Source: Cyanophora paradoxa CCMP329 (Eukaryota > Plantae > Glaucophyta). From it: a DNA stretch of 40,523 bases. The notes beneath the pieces were generated by a model that worked only from the letters and a program-made list of their open reading frames with translations, was not told the DNA's origin and did no database searches. The translations under genes were made by a program, and so were the position numbers. The stretch covers positions 1 to 40,523 of the forward strand of contig QPMI01000146.1 of assembly GCA_004431415.1 (NCBI GenBank). The letters run 5' to 3'. Of the stretch, positions 21,101 to 33,100 are shown piece after piece; position 1 is the first letter of the stretch, and each line of letters starts with the position of its first letter.

Positions 21101-24100
21101 TGCCGGAACTCCCCGCGAGCCCGTTGGACGCCTTTGCGTGGTGGCGCGGCGCAGGACGACTTGGAGCCGTGGCCCATCCGCTTCTTCCAGGCGCGCGCAG
21201 CCCAGACCGAGGCGGCGCCGCAGACCAAGATCTCGACCCGGGTGACCACCCAAACGGACCCGCCAGTCCCCAACAACAGAGTTTCTCGCCTCGTGCAGGC
21301 GACTCTGGCCCCTCTGCCAACCGCAACACGGTCAACGGCGACCGATCCGCTCGTATGGACGGCGGGAACACAGACGGAGGACGTTGTCCAGCCGTCGGTC
21401 GACAGCAGCGCCACCCAGACGGACCGGCAGGGCATTAATTGGAAGCAGGCGGCAAGGCAGACGCAAGTTTCTGTGCCGCAGGCGTCCGGTGGCACGCAGA
21501 CCGACGCCCGGCGCGCCTTCACACAGAGCACCGAGACCGACCAGACGACAGCCGACCGCGGCACGTACGCGTCGACGGAGCGTCCTCGAACGCTGGCCAA
21601 GTCCTCTGACACGCGCAACGTGCAGTCGGGCGGCGTGCAGACGGACGGCCCGGCGACGCACACGCGTGGCCTGCAGCACTCTCGTCCACAGCGGTGCGAC
21701 AAGGCGGTGCAGTCGGACCCCGCGCCCCTTCGGGGCCGCCGCGTCAGCACGCACACGGAATGGTGGCTGCCCGCTGCCGCAGTTCAGACCAGCCCACCGG
21801 TGCCGCCCGTGGACGCGGGCGTGCAGACAATTGCCCTGCCTCGGCCACGTCGAGCGCGTCCGGCGCCGGTGCGGCCCTGCGTGCCCGAGCGCGTTCGCTT
21901 CGCTGACGCTTTGCAGCAGCCTGCTCCTGTGCGTCTGGATCCGCCGCCGGCCCCCGCTCCGCAACCTGCCCTCACGACCCCCAAGCCCCGGACAGCCCCG
22001 CGGGCTTCCGTCGCCGTGACGCCGGAGCCGGAGATCGCGTCGAGCGCGGTGCGGCTCTGCTAGCCCGAGCAACGTGTTTGCAGCGCTGACGCTTTGCGCA
22101 GCCCGCTCGCGTGCGGCTGGACCCGCCGCCGGCCCCTGCAGCTGCACCGCCGCGGCAGGCGGCACCTTCCCCTCCGCCCCCCAAGCTCCGGACACCCCCG
22201 CGGGCGCCCGTCGCCGTGACGGCAGAGCCGGAAATCGCGTCGAGCGCGGTGCAGACAAAGGCGCTTGTCGCATCCAGCGAGGCGCAGACAGAACCGCTCG
22301 CCGTGCCGGTCGCGATTGAGGGACCGGCCACGGCCGCGCCTCCAACGCGCTGCAGCATGGGGGTCCAGACCGACGCGAAGCGGCACGCCGCCACCGGCAC
22401 TGAGGCGCACATCGCCACGTACAAGACGCAGGGAACGTCGTGCCAGGACTCGGTCGCGGTGCAGACGGACGCGGCGCCGGCGCCGCCGGCCTCGCGGAGC
22501 GTCGGGACGCAGGCGCCGCCTCGGCCCCCCGAGGTCGCGGTGCAGACCGACGCGGAGCCGACACTCGCGAGCGTCTGGACGGCGACCGAGCCGTCCATCG
22601 CCGACGTCGGCGTGCAGGCGGACATCGAAGTCTATGTGCGGACGGGCGGCACGCAGACAGAGGTGGCGTGGCGGTGGAACCAGGGGGTCCAGTCGGACGA
22701 TCCCGTCGCCGTCGGAACGAGCACGGACGCCATCCCGGTCCGCTCGGTGGCGACGGTGTCAGACCCGGTGGCGCGCGTCCTTGCGGCCGTGCAGACGGAG
22801 CCGCGCTGGAGCGCCGGCGAGGCCGGGACGCAGGCGGACATCGAGCCGGACGTCCGGGAGCGGGCCGTGCAGACCGCGGCGCCGCGCTTCGGCAGCTCTG
22901 GCGTGCAGACGGAGGGCCCCAGGCCGGGGCTTGCCGCCGCGGCGCAGACGTCGTTCAGCAGCCTGCGGGGCGAACCTGAGGTGGCCGAGAACGAACCCGA
23001 GCCGGAGCCTTCCCCCAAGTCGGTCGACGTCTTTGCGGCGCTCGATGAACCTGATCATGAGCCGGAGCATTCCCCCACGTCGGTCCTCGCGGCGCTCGAT
23101 CTGGAGACGATGGTACGCTCCAGCCTCGTTTCGTTGCGCCGGCGGCGTACGCGTCTAGATCTGACGGCAGGTCGCTCGCAGGTTCCGCGCCCCAGGCGGC
23201 GCCGGCGGCGTCCAAAGCGCCGGCCCGGGCAAGAACTTGCGTCGGAGCCGGAGCTGCCCGGCCCGCCCCGGACTGTCCGCCGGCCCAGGGCGCCGCAACC
23301 CAAGGCCGCGATTGAGGCGTGGAGCGTTCCGCAGACCCCCTCGAAGCAGGTTCTCGCCCTCGCTTCTTTTCAGTCGGATCGCTGCTCGTCCTTAGTCGTT
23401 CGGCAGGCGCGAAGCCGGTCCCCGGGCCCCAGAAAAGCCTGGTACACAATTAATCCCGAGCCGAGCGTCGACCCCGATCGCGAGGAGCTCCCCTCGCCGC
23501 CGCCCACGGTCCGACTCCGTTTCTACTGTGTCAATCACGTCGGCTGAGAACCCGCACGCAGGTTCCCCGCGTCAGGCGGCGGCGGCCCAAGCGCAGGACA
23601 AGCCCCGGGCCCGGAGCGGAGCCCGCGTCGGACCCGGAGGCAAAGCCGGAGCCTCCGGAGCTGCAGCCGGCGCCGCCGAGGTCCTACGACCCGAAGCGAG
23701 CCTGGCAGTACGGCATGAGCGCGAGCACGAAGGTCCGCATCGCGGTGCACAGGTGCGCCGGAAGGCATGCAGCTCGGGCTGACCGCCGGCGCCGGCGTCC
23801 GCGCAGATACGCGCGTCCATGCGACTGCAGCCGCCGGGCCCCCGGCCGCCCTTCTCCCCGGGGCCCTTCTCCTGCCGGGTGCACAGTTTTCGTGCCCGCA
23901 CCCGTCCACAATCGCCCGCCTCACCCGCCGCCCCGCCCCGCCCCGCCCGCCCCGCCCCGCCCCGCCCCGCCCCGCCCCGCCCCGCCCGCCCGCCCGCCCC
24001 GCCCCGCCCCGCCCCGCCCCGCCCCGCCCCGCCCCGCCCCGCCCCGCCCCGCAGTGCGTGATCGAGGGCCCCGAGGTGCGGTGGCCGGAGAAGCCCTGCG

Positions 24101-24750
24101 GCGCCCACCCGCGCCCCTTCGACGCGCTGTTCCTTTCCGCCCTCGACCGCCACACCCGCACCGTGCGCGCCCCGGCCCCGGCCCCGGCCCCCGAGGGCGC
24201 GGCGCCCGTGCCCGCGCCCGCGGCCGTCCCCTCACACGCGGCCGGCCCCCGGATCCGCAGCACCTCCGAGTGCTGGAAGGGCCCGTGCCCTGCTGGGCCT
24301 GCGAGGGCAGCCCGCCGCGCACGCGCGCCCACAGGCGCGCCCACGCCGAGGAGTACTTCCGCCAGGTCTCCCCCCCTTCTCCACCTTCTTCGCCTTGCGC
24401 CGCCGACTGACGGCGCGCGCGGCAGATGCGCGTCGTGACGCTCTTCCGGCAAGAGTTCGCGAAGCTCATCCCCACCGTCCAGCAGATCCAGCAGCTCGAA
24501 GGCCGGTCCCTTCTTCTTCCTTGATCTGCTTCGCTTAAGAGGTCTTTCTCTGCGCAGCGGTCGCCCGGGACGAGCGGGTCGCCCGCGGCCCCGAGCCGGA
24601 GGGGGTACGCCTGCGGCTCGTCTGGCTGCTCGAGCAGCCCGGCGCCCCCTTCGATTTCGGGGCGGTACCCCCCGACGACGCCCTCGGGGCGCTGCCCGAG
24701 GGTCTGCCGCCGCCCCCCGCGGTGCCCAAGCCGCCGCCGGCCGCCCTTTA
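18104..24750 (+). CDS. Large multi-exon host protein: helical/coiled-coil N-terminal half, Cys-rich patch, then a disordered region with a long array of TQT/VQT (dynein light chain LC8-binding-type) motifs; exon boundaries and ends approximate
   Basis: ORF pieces join through short GT..AG introns (e.g. 18324-18387, 18836-18885, 21869-21919, 22049-22101, 23509-23561). Repeated TTQTD, GTQTE, ATQTD, GVQTD, AVQTD. Confidence 0.65.
23923..24051 (+). repeat. (CCCCG)n intronic microsatellite
   Basis: About 25 pentamer units directly before a CAG acceptor. Confidence 0.9.
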
Positions 24751-25131
24751 ACCGTCTGCGGCTCCGAGTCCCGCGCTGGCCGCGGCCCTGCCCGCTTAGC
24801 TTACTGATCGGCGCTATAGCTAGCGCTCTCTTTCTCTCTCGCAAACATATATACTAGTAGTCATGTCCCCGCCCTCCCGGAGTCCGGATCCGGAAATCAT
24901 GTGAGTCCCCACTACTAGAGTCACTAGTACTATATATAGCTACCAGCTGCAGTAGTCGACGTCACAGTACTAGTGACGGTCACACTGATCGGCTGCGAGG
25001 CTAATCATCAGCCAGTGATATATATGCGCGATACTGTAATGAATTTCAACAACCCAGCGTACCCGATACGTATAATACCCAAGGAGGCCAGCTCGGTACG
25101 CATCTGCTAATAAAGCCGAGAATTACTAGTA

Positions 25132-26300
25132 TTTTTTTTGATGAATTACCGGCCACAGTCTCTAGACACCAGCACTGCGGGGGCTGCCCAGGGGGCATAA
25201 AGACAAAAAAGCAAAATAACTAAGACAATAGCACGAAGAAAGATAAGACAAAGAGCCAAAATCGACAATAAAAAAGGAAAGACACAGAGCTCGAGACAGA
25301 TCGATAGCGAGAAGAGACGATAAATCGAGCAGATCTAGGGACAGAGAATAACTGACACGAAGAAGAGCCAGAGCTAGAGATACCATCAATATCAGAAGGA
25401 ATTACATCACTAAGAAGCGGGACAAAATTGAGAAAGATAAATAACAGGAAGAAGACAAGTAAGAGGAACAACAAGACGACATGGAGGCGGAGGCGAAGCA
25501 GGACGATGCGAAAGGGCAGAGCTACGGCACGAGGTAGAGGAGGACACAGGAGGCGGAGCAGGCGGAGCAGGCGGATCAAGAGCAGGCAAAAGGACAGTCA
25601 AAGGAATCACTAAAGCCGGCCGGGGTCGAGGCGGGCAATCGAACTGCAAACGACGGCGAACAACAGGTCGAGCACGAGGACTATATATAGCTAGTATTGA
25701 AACTAACTCTAGCATCAACACTACGATCAGAATCCGAACCAGACCGAACTAAACTAGAAGACGAAGAAGTACGCCGGCGCCGGCGGGATACGATCGCGAC
25801 CAGCGAAGCAGAAGACGAAGGCAAAGGCGGCAGTCCGGTATCAAGAACAAAGGCCGGAGGGTCCGGCCCGGCAAACCGCCGGGGGGAAGTAGAAGGAGCC
25901 GCAGGCTCGGCAAGCCGGCGACGGGTACGACCACGAGTCCGGGAGGAGATCGGGGAAGCCGGTCCCGGAGCTGAGGGCCCAGGAGCAGAGCCAGGAGAAG
26001 GTAAGCCCGGCGAGAAATCTGACCCGGAGCCGGAACCCAGCGAACGACGACGACGAAGAGGCCCCCGAGGAGCCACGACGGGGGAGCTACCGAGCAAAGT
26101 ACTGACAGCCGGCGTCGAACACGGCGGCGGAGGTACCCCGCAGACAGTGGCAGGCGGAGAATCCAGGGCCGATCGAGAGATCCGCCGACGGGAATGCGGC
26201 GGGGGCCGACGAGACGGAAGAGGCGAGGAGGGAGCCGAGGAAGGGTCGGAGGCAGGGGAAGGGCGGCTAGTAGCCTTGGAAGGCTGATCATGATTCATGA
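25132..26300 (-). mobile_element. Possible 3' fragment of a non-LTR retrotransposon or retroposed sequence
   Basis: Strongly A-poor, pyrimidine-rich minus strand with an S/P/R-rich ORF and a T-rich UTR-like tail ending in GTAATTCATC-A8. No RT motif or clear TSD. Confidence 0.35.
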
Positions 26301-27317
26301 CCTATATATATATATGTACAGCTACTAAAAATCTACCAGTTGCGAAGTTCGTACTAATATTGATGTTTGACTACGGTAGGGGCCGTATATATACGTAGGG
26401 CGAACCCCCCCGCGTAGGTAGTAATATTAGAAGACAACAAAGCAATCGATATCACAAATCAAAAGAGTCGCAGCTGCAGGCAATCACAACTTCACAAGAC
26501 ATGTGCATAAATTAACTAGCTCTCCAGTATTATAAGAGCTATTACTACCCGGTACTATTTTACCATACGAATCATTGAATAGTACCTACGAGCCTACAAT
26601 CCTACGACCCTCAGGTTGATAGGGCCCCGCCGTCTCCGGCGTCGAGATCGAATAGATCGAGATCGAACTTCATAGAATCTCAATCGAATAGATCGAGATC
26701 GAACTTCATCGAAGTATGGACACTGGAGGCTGGAGCTCGAATCGGCGATCGGCGGTGAGTCGGTGACCAGAATTTGCTCGATTTCAACGTGAAATTTTGT
26801 TTTCGCCAAGTTCAACGGTTGAAGCACATGAAAACAATTTTCCATTGTTTTTTTTGGCCAGTTACCACGGTAAGTATAAGACGTGCCACGCGGCGTGCAC
26901 GCTGGCACGCGCTGCCGCAGTGCGCGCATGCACGCGTACGTATATACGCACTGCGGCACTGCGCATGCGGGCCTGCGCAATGCGCATGCCAGGATGCGCG
27001 CGGCTGCACTGCCACTGCAGTGCCGCAGTGCGGCACCGTGGCACAGTGGCACTGCGGCAGTGTGGGGCCACTGCGGGCCTGTGCCCGGCCGCTAGGGATG
27101 CCGCGCTCAAGTTTGAGTGCACTAAAACTTGAGCGTTTTAGTCAAGTTTTAGTCCTACAGTACCGGTACCGTCACGGCGTAGTCTAGCACTTTCAATTTT
27201 GAAAAATAGTTTAGTAGTCTGGCCATGCATATGGGCCCCAGGGCCCAAGTCACCCCGGGCCCCATCACGGTCCCCATGCTACTGCCGCACCCTAGTACTA
27301 GACTACTACTAGTACTA

Positions 27318-27596
27318 CCGTGTGGCACTAATTATAAATTACCGCGGCATAAATCACCGCGTTAGAAACTCCGGCCCGCGAGGGTGGCCAAAATACCGCG
27401 GTACCAAATTACCGCGTTTTCAAGTTTAAAAAACTTGAGGCTTGTATGGGGCGGTTATTCGGGGGGGTACTGTATGGGGCAACTTCTCAGCAGCAAATTA
27501 CCGCGGTACCAAATTACCGCGTTTTACCAAATTCTCGACGCGGTAATTTGGTACCGCGGTAATTAAGTGGGCGCGGTATTATAGTGCGCCGCACGG
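27318..27596. mobile_element. MITE (279 bp) with TA target duplication, Tc1/mariner-pogo type ends
   Basis: TA|CCGTGTGGCACTA ... TAGTGCGCCGCACGG|TA imperfect TIRs; many internal AATTACCGCG motifs in both orientations. Confidence 0.75.
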
Positions 27597-27818
27597 TAGT
27601 CTAGATCTAGACTCATCTAGTCTAGTAGTAGAAACTTACTAGAAAGTACTAGAAACTCGTACTCGGCTCGCGGCGCCGCCGGCCCGCCGCGCCAGCCGCC
27701 CCGGAAAGTTTGTACGCCCCGGATTCGAATCCCGCCCGTTCCATAAGTTCGATCAATCATGCCCTACGGCCCCTACCGAAGGGCTACCTACGACTCTACG
27801 AGGATAAGCTTAAGCCTA

Positions 27819-28055
27819 CCGTGTTACACATAAATACTGGACTCACTTAATTAACAGAGTCCCAAATTAACAGACCGAAATTTTGACGTAGTCTGTTAAT
27901 TTGGGGCTCTGCTAATTCGCCGCTGACAGTTTTATAATTACCATACAATCTACCCCCCCCCCGAAACAAAAAACCAAATTACCGCCCCCCAAAAACCAAA
28001 AACCAAAAAATTACGGCCTCATACAAGCCCAAAAATTTCATAGTCTGTTAACAAG
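27819..28055. mobile_element. Truncated related MITE, inverted relative to the 27318-27596 element
   Basis: Starts TA|CCGTG and is colinear with the reverse complement of the first MITE (CACTTAATTA, CCAAATTA, GCTGA, CCATACA, CATACAAGCC). Confidence 0.6.
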
Positions 28056-28439
28056 ATCCGTGCTCCTGCGGAGCACTAAGTACGGCGAAGCCTCGCGGAC
28101 GCCCTCGCGGCTGTCACAGTAGGCCTATAGGGCACTGGCCAGCGGCCTGGCCGATCGCGAACAGCTTTCTGGTTGGAAGCTGGCCGGCTGACGGCCAGTC
28201 CAGCTACCGCTGGCCGGCTAGAGGAATATAACTAGAGGAATATTAATGTACTGAGGAAATAAAGGGAGGCCGGAGCAGGTTGAGATTAGAGGAGATGAAT
28301 TATATATAATATTGTTGAGAGGGAGGCCCGGGAGGGGCAAGGTTCTCGCGGCCAGGCGCATGCACAGAGCTTGCGAATCGCTTAAACAGAATCTTGAATG
28401 CATATAGCTATAGCATCGATGTGCGGGGCTGCGGAGCTC

Positions 28440-28930
28440 GAGGCGAGGGCGCGCGGAAAGATGTGCAGGTCCATGCAGGATCGAATTTTCGGGGTCGGCT
28501 GGGTCCTCGCGGCCCGTCGCATACGCAAAGCGTGCGGAAGACTTTGCCTACATCTTAAATGCTTATGCTATCGTTCCGCGCATGCGCCGCGGCGTGGGCG
28601 CGCGGAAAGATGTCAGGGCGCGTGCAGGATCGAATTTTGGCCGTCGGGTACCTTCCTGCGCTGTTCCGGCTCCGAAAAGCGGATTTCGGGGGTGCGCAGG
28701 CCCTGCTATGTCCATGCGCGCCAGTACGCATCGATTGCGCGCGTCGCGGGACCGGGCGGGACCGGCTAGCGCTGGATCAAATTTTCGGCCGACTCTTCGC
28801 ACTGGAGCGTCGACGGCGCTTGAAATCGAGCTTGCGGCGATGCGCTCGCCCTCGCGCGGCATTCTGTATCGTTCTGGGGCGTCCCTGGCGCGATTTCGTC
28901 GCGGGACCGGGCGGGACCGGGTCCCACCTT
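28440..28930 (+). repeat. Degenerate direct repeats of about 150 bp (probable transposon subterminal region)
   Basis: GCGCGCGGAAAGATGT twice, GGATC(G/A)AATTTT three times, CGCGGGACCGGGCGGG(G)ACCGG twice. Confidence 0.55.
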
Positions 28931-29324
28931 CTGACTCGGACTGCATTTGTCGGAGGTTAAGTACCGGAATTGATCCAGAGGGAAATTCGATTTTCGCGCG
29001 ACGCCCACGGGCGAGCGGTCGTCTTAGGGGAGCCACGACGCTAAAAATGGATCTAGAGAGGTCTGTGGGGGTTAGGGTAGCTGAGTCATTAGCGGCAATC
29101 GCGTCCGTGTCGAGGCAGAATTAATAATTCGTCCTCGAGGGAGTGCGACGCGGAAATTATTTAGCAGGGGGGATCTTGAGTGGAAAAAAAGGTTAAAAAA
29201 GGAATTTATATCGGCGGTTTTTGGGTTTGAGAAAGAGGCTTCGCCTGATTTGGGACTCTGTTATTTCGCCTCAGGGAGCTTTTTTTTTTGAGAGACTACG
29301 GTGGGGCGAACGAGGGCCGGCAAA

Positions 29325-29524
29325 ACCCGCCGGCACTTTAATTCGCCAAACCTGGAAATTGATTTCGCCGCCCCGCGACTTCGCAATAGAGGGATCAACC
29401 GCAAGTACCCCTCTCTCCATGTAAAGGCTTAATTCACCGGCGTCAAATATTAAATATTCCAGCGCGAGGGTCTGGCGAATAAAGTCGAAATCAAACGCTG
29501 GCGGATATTCGTACGTTTACAGTA
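29325..29524. mobile_element. Small inverted-repeat element remnant (MITE-like)
   Basis: ACTTTAATTCGCCAAACC (about 29335) is nearly the reverse complement of GGTCTGGCGAATAAAGT (about 29469); the right end is TTTACAG|TA. Confidence 0.4.
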
Positions 29525-29569
29525 TATATATATATGCGAGCGAAGCGACCAGGCCGTGACCATGAGGCT

Positions 29570-29890
29570 CCCGGGAGTCCCGGCCCGGCCTCCACCGTAG
29601 CCTCCAGTGGCCCTCCACGAGGACCACGAGTTGGGAGTCAGTTGGGAGTCTTGGGACTCCCAAGTTGGGACTCGGGAGTCGGGAGTAAGTTGGGAGTTTC
29701 GGGACTCTAAGTTGGGAGTCAAGTTGGGACTCAATTAAAGTTGGGAGTCGCGATCATCGAATCGGGATTCAATGATTCGGGACTTTGGATTCGGTCCATG
29801 GCCCGCGGCCGCGGCCCGGCGGCCATTCGGCCCGGGGATCGGGACTCGGGAGTCGGGACTCGGGAGTCTCGGGACTCGGCCCTCGGGACC
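29570..29890 (+). repeat. Degenerate GGGA(G/C)TC minisatellite
   Basis: About 20 or more units such as GTTGGGAGTC, TTGGGACTC and TCGGGACTC. Confidence 0.8.
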
Positions 29891-30165
29891 ACTAGCACTG
29901 GGCCACGTGCACGCGTACCAGTACGAGCGACCACATGGGCTCCACAGGACCACAGCCCGCGGCCCTAATCATTGAATATATAGGGCCTATATGTGCATTG
30001 TGCATGCGCACTGCCAGGGAACGTTGCAACGCTCGCCGCACGCACTAGTCTGTTCTCAAAATTTGCAGTTCGATCATCGCCAAGTCGGATCGCGACCGTC
30101 GGACCAGTTTTGCAGTTCGGATAGCGATCAGCTTTGCAGTTCGATCATCGGATTGCGATCGGCAT

Positions 30166-33100
30166 CATGGGTGATTGGTGGGGCCAACTCGCGTGTGCGC
30201 GCTCGCTTTGCATTTGTCACGTAGACCGGACCAAGTAAACCTCGTCTTCAGCTTCTAACACGCTTTGGCATCTCAGCCTATTACAGATGCTACAGCGACT
30301 CCGGCTGCACAGGCGCCGTTCTCAGCGAAGGCTCGACCACCATCGATGGGGCGTTTGGAACGGGCAGCACGAATTGCTCCGCCGTGGGAGCCAAGTCCTT
30401 CGGCTACAATGAGATGTCTTACAATCACTGCCACAACCTCTCTGTCGTGTCGGTGCGTGCATGTCATGCGCGCCGCGCGCGTACGGCCAGGACATGGAGC
30501 CTATCCATGATCCAAATGCGCAGAAACCTGTATCCAACGACCATGTAACTGCAATGATGCGAGTTCCTTTCTTCTGCACCTGACACATGATCGCGCGCTA
30601 TAGCTTTGCGCCTCGATATCTTTACGTTTACTCAACCTTCCAATTCGCAGAGGAGCAGGCTGGAAGAACGTCGGCTTTGGCAGTTCGGCAGCTGCGAGCT
30701 CTGAGTGTGAGCTCGAGTTTCAAGCGTGTCCGACGATCCTTGTAATGTCTACTGACTAAGCAGACCTGTCTACGTATATCAGATCCAGGTGGATATACCG
30801 CCAACCTGCTCACGGGTGCGGAGCACAACGTATTCGAAACACCAATTTTAATATCATGATGATCACGAGCATATTTTAAAACGACACTCACAACTTTCAG
30901 ATGGTACTGGAGAGCATGGCGACTTTGGGCGCACGAAGGGCTGGCATTCGGGCCAGAGTGATCCGAAGCCTCAAGTATCTATCGTCCTGGAGGTAACTAT
31001 AAGCAGACGCGCAATGTTGATATATTGTATTCGTCCCACGCAGGCGTATTCTAATTCACTTGCCGCGCAGAAAGATTTTATGATCGGAGAAATCGATGTT
31101 TACAATGTGCGAATGCAATATATATCAAAGCCAAATTGCCCTGCAGCTTGGAAATTATTCATATCTCTATCGCGCAGCGCTCGGACAGTACGTTGTACTG
31201 CTGCATTAATATATTGACACACTGTTCATGATGTCCTTGCAATTGGCTATTTTATTGATATACGTATACCGTGCTGTTCTGCGTCCGGTCCGCAGACGGC
31301 CTTGGCTTCAGATACGACGACATAATCATCGAGGCGAGCATTTCTCAATCTGTCGCCTGACCTTGATGGCTGACCCATGGCCAAGCGTTTTCAAACATTA
31401 ATTGGATATTCCACAGGTACTCAACGACGGCGAGCTGGTTCGCCTTGATTCCTTCATGTCGATATTATGACATCGAGCGGGTTTTCAAGCATGCGCTCCT
31501 GAGCCAGCACTAACTGTTCAGCAGGTGTACCAGACCCCGACGATCTCGGAACCCTTGTTCAACCCTAAGTACCCGAATCTAGCTCAACACGTGATTCCTA
31601 AAATTGTCGGTACGAGTCCAACGTGTGTGTATATAGAAAGCGTGGTTTCTCACTCACAGTCCATATTATCGTGCACTTGACCAGGCGATTCCATTCGAAT
31701 CACAAAAATTCCTTCTTCGGCCAACGGTACACTTTCGAGTTCACGATCTTTTGAATGCCTTTGTTAAATTACGACGTCGACGTCGCAATACGTTTATTCA
31801 GGACAAGTCCTCAATTTTAGCGAGGTCGACGTCTGGGGCAAGGAGACGTGCGCACTCATTGAATAGTTTGATCGCGCTTCGAATTCTAGATCTCTGCTTC
31901 CGTAACATGGCCTTATGCACTGAGAATCAGAGCGTCTCCGGCGCCTGCACGGCCGGTGCTGAGTAATGTGGCCCTCAACATGCCGGCCACCGCATCTTCC
32001 GAGCGTGAGTTTTTTCTTTGATTTCTCTTCTCCGTCCGGGTTCCGAAATTCAATGCAGATGATTCAGTAAAATTTTACGCCGGCCGCGCTGTTGGTGCGC
32101 ATACTTATTCTCTGCATACGCATGTATGTGTGCATTTGTACGGGCTGTTAACTAGGAGACGTGGGGGCGCGCGTCAGATGGTTTGGGGCTTCATGGAGAT
32201 TTCATGCAGACGTTCGGCTTTTCTTCGCTCTTCGGAGGAGATGCAGCCCCATGGGTACCGCATCTCTTGCAAATTGATCATGAGATCCATTGCGTAGATC
32301 GTATGACCTTAAAGAATTGCAGTGGAAAGTAGACCTGCAGAAGGACTGTGCCATTTCCTCGGTGAAGATACACAACGTGCGTCGCATTTGTTATAATCAG
32401 TAGATTTGTGGCTTGCAACTGAAAAACTGATCGCGGCTGTACTTTTTGGCATCGGCAGCGGACGGACAGTGCGTGCTTGCTGCGCATGCTCTAGATGATC
32501 GTTGTCCTGGTCCCGTCTGCATTTGTTGATAATGATCATGATCCTGGTCCCGTCTGCATCTTCAGATGGAACTTCTACGCGCCTGAAAAACTTTGTTGTC
32601 CAAGTTTTGGACAACGGAAAGACCGTGCGCGACAGCTAAACCATGCTGTCATATGCATGTACATGGATGAATAACCAATTGCAACCATTCATTGCTGCAA
32701 CGCAGGTGTACGAAACCCCTGAAATCGTAGATCCTGCCTTCGACCCCGCAAATCCAAACGTGTTCACGCTCCCATTGAGCGGGATCGTCGGTCCGTCAAA
32801 GCGGTTGTTCATGTATTCGGCGATCGTGGGATTAACGATTTGACTGTGCCGGCAGGTGATGCCGTCAAGCTTTCTATGCCTTCAGGCGGTACGAGTTTTC
32901 ATTAGCTATATATAGGTCTAGATCTAGATCTAGACACTATAGATAGTATTTCGTCAATTTTTATCTCAATATATATATGCCGCGGCCGGCGATTAAGTAT
33001 TTGCGATCGCTGAAGAGTAAACGTCGCGCAGGGTGCATCAACATCGGGGAGGTCGAGGTCATTGGTAAGCGATCTAATCAAAGAACTGCCTATTCGATGC

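Noticed and set aside
18329-24844. Long minus-strand ORFs over the TQT gene
   Set aside because: Low-complexity antisense frames; splice signals and protein-like text are on the + strand.
26643-26710. Short tandem duplication ATCGAATAGATCGAGATCGAACTTCAT x2
   Set aside because: Only two copies with no further structure; an ordinary local duplication.
27705-27745. GGATTCGAATCC T-arm/B-box-like hairpin (similar at about 15317) as tRNA
   Set aside because: I could not build a cloverleaf; it may be a SINE remnant or a chance palindrome.
32202-32900. Minus-strand Cys-containing ORFs as a decayed transposase
   Set aside because: Better explained as antisense to the lectin exons, which have coherent splice sites and paralogous structure.
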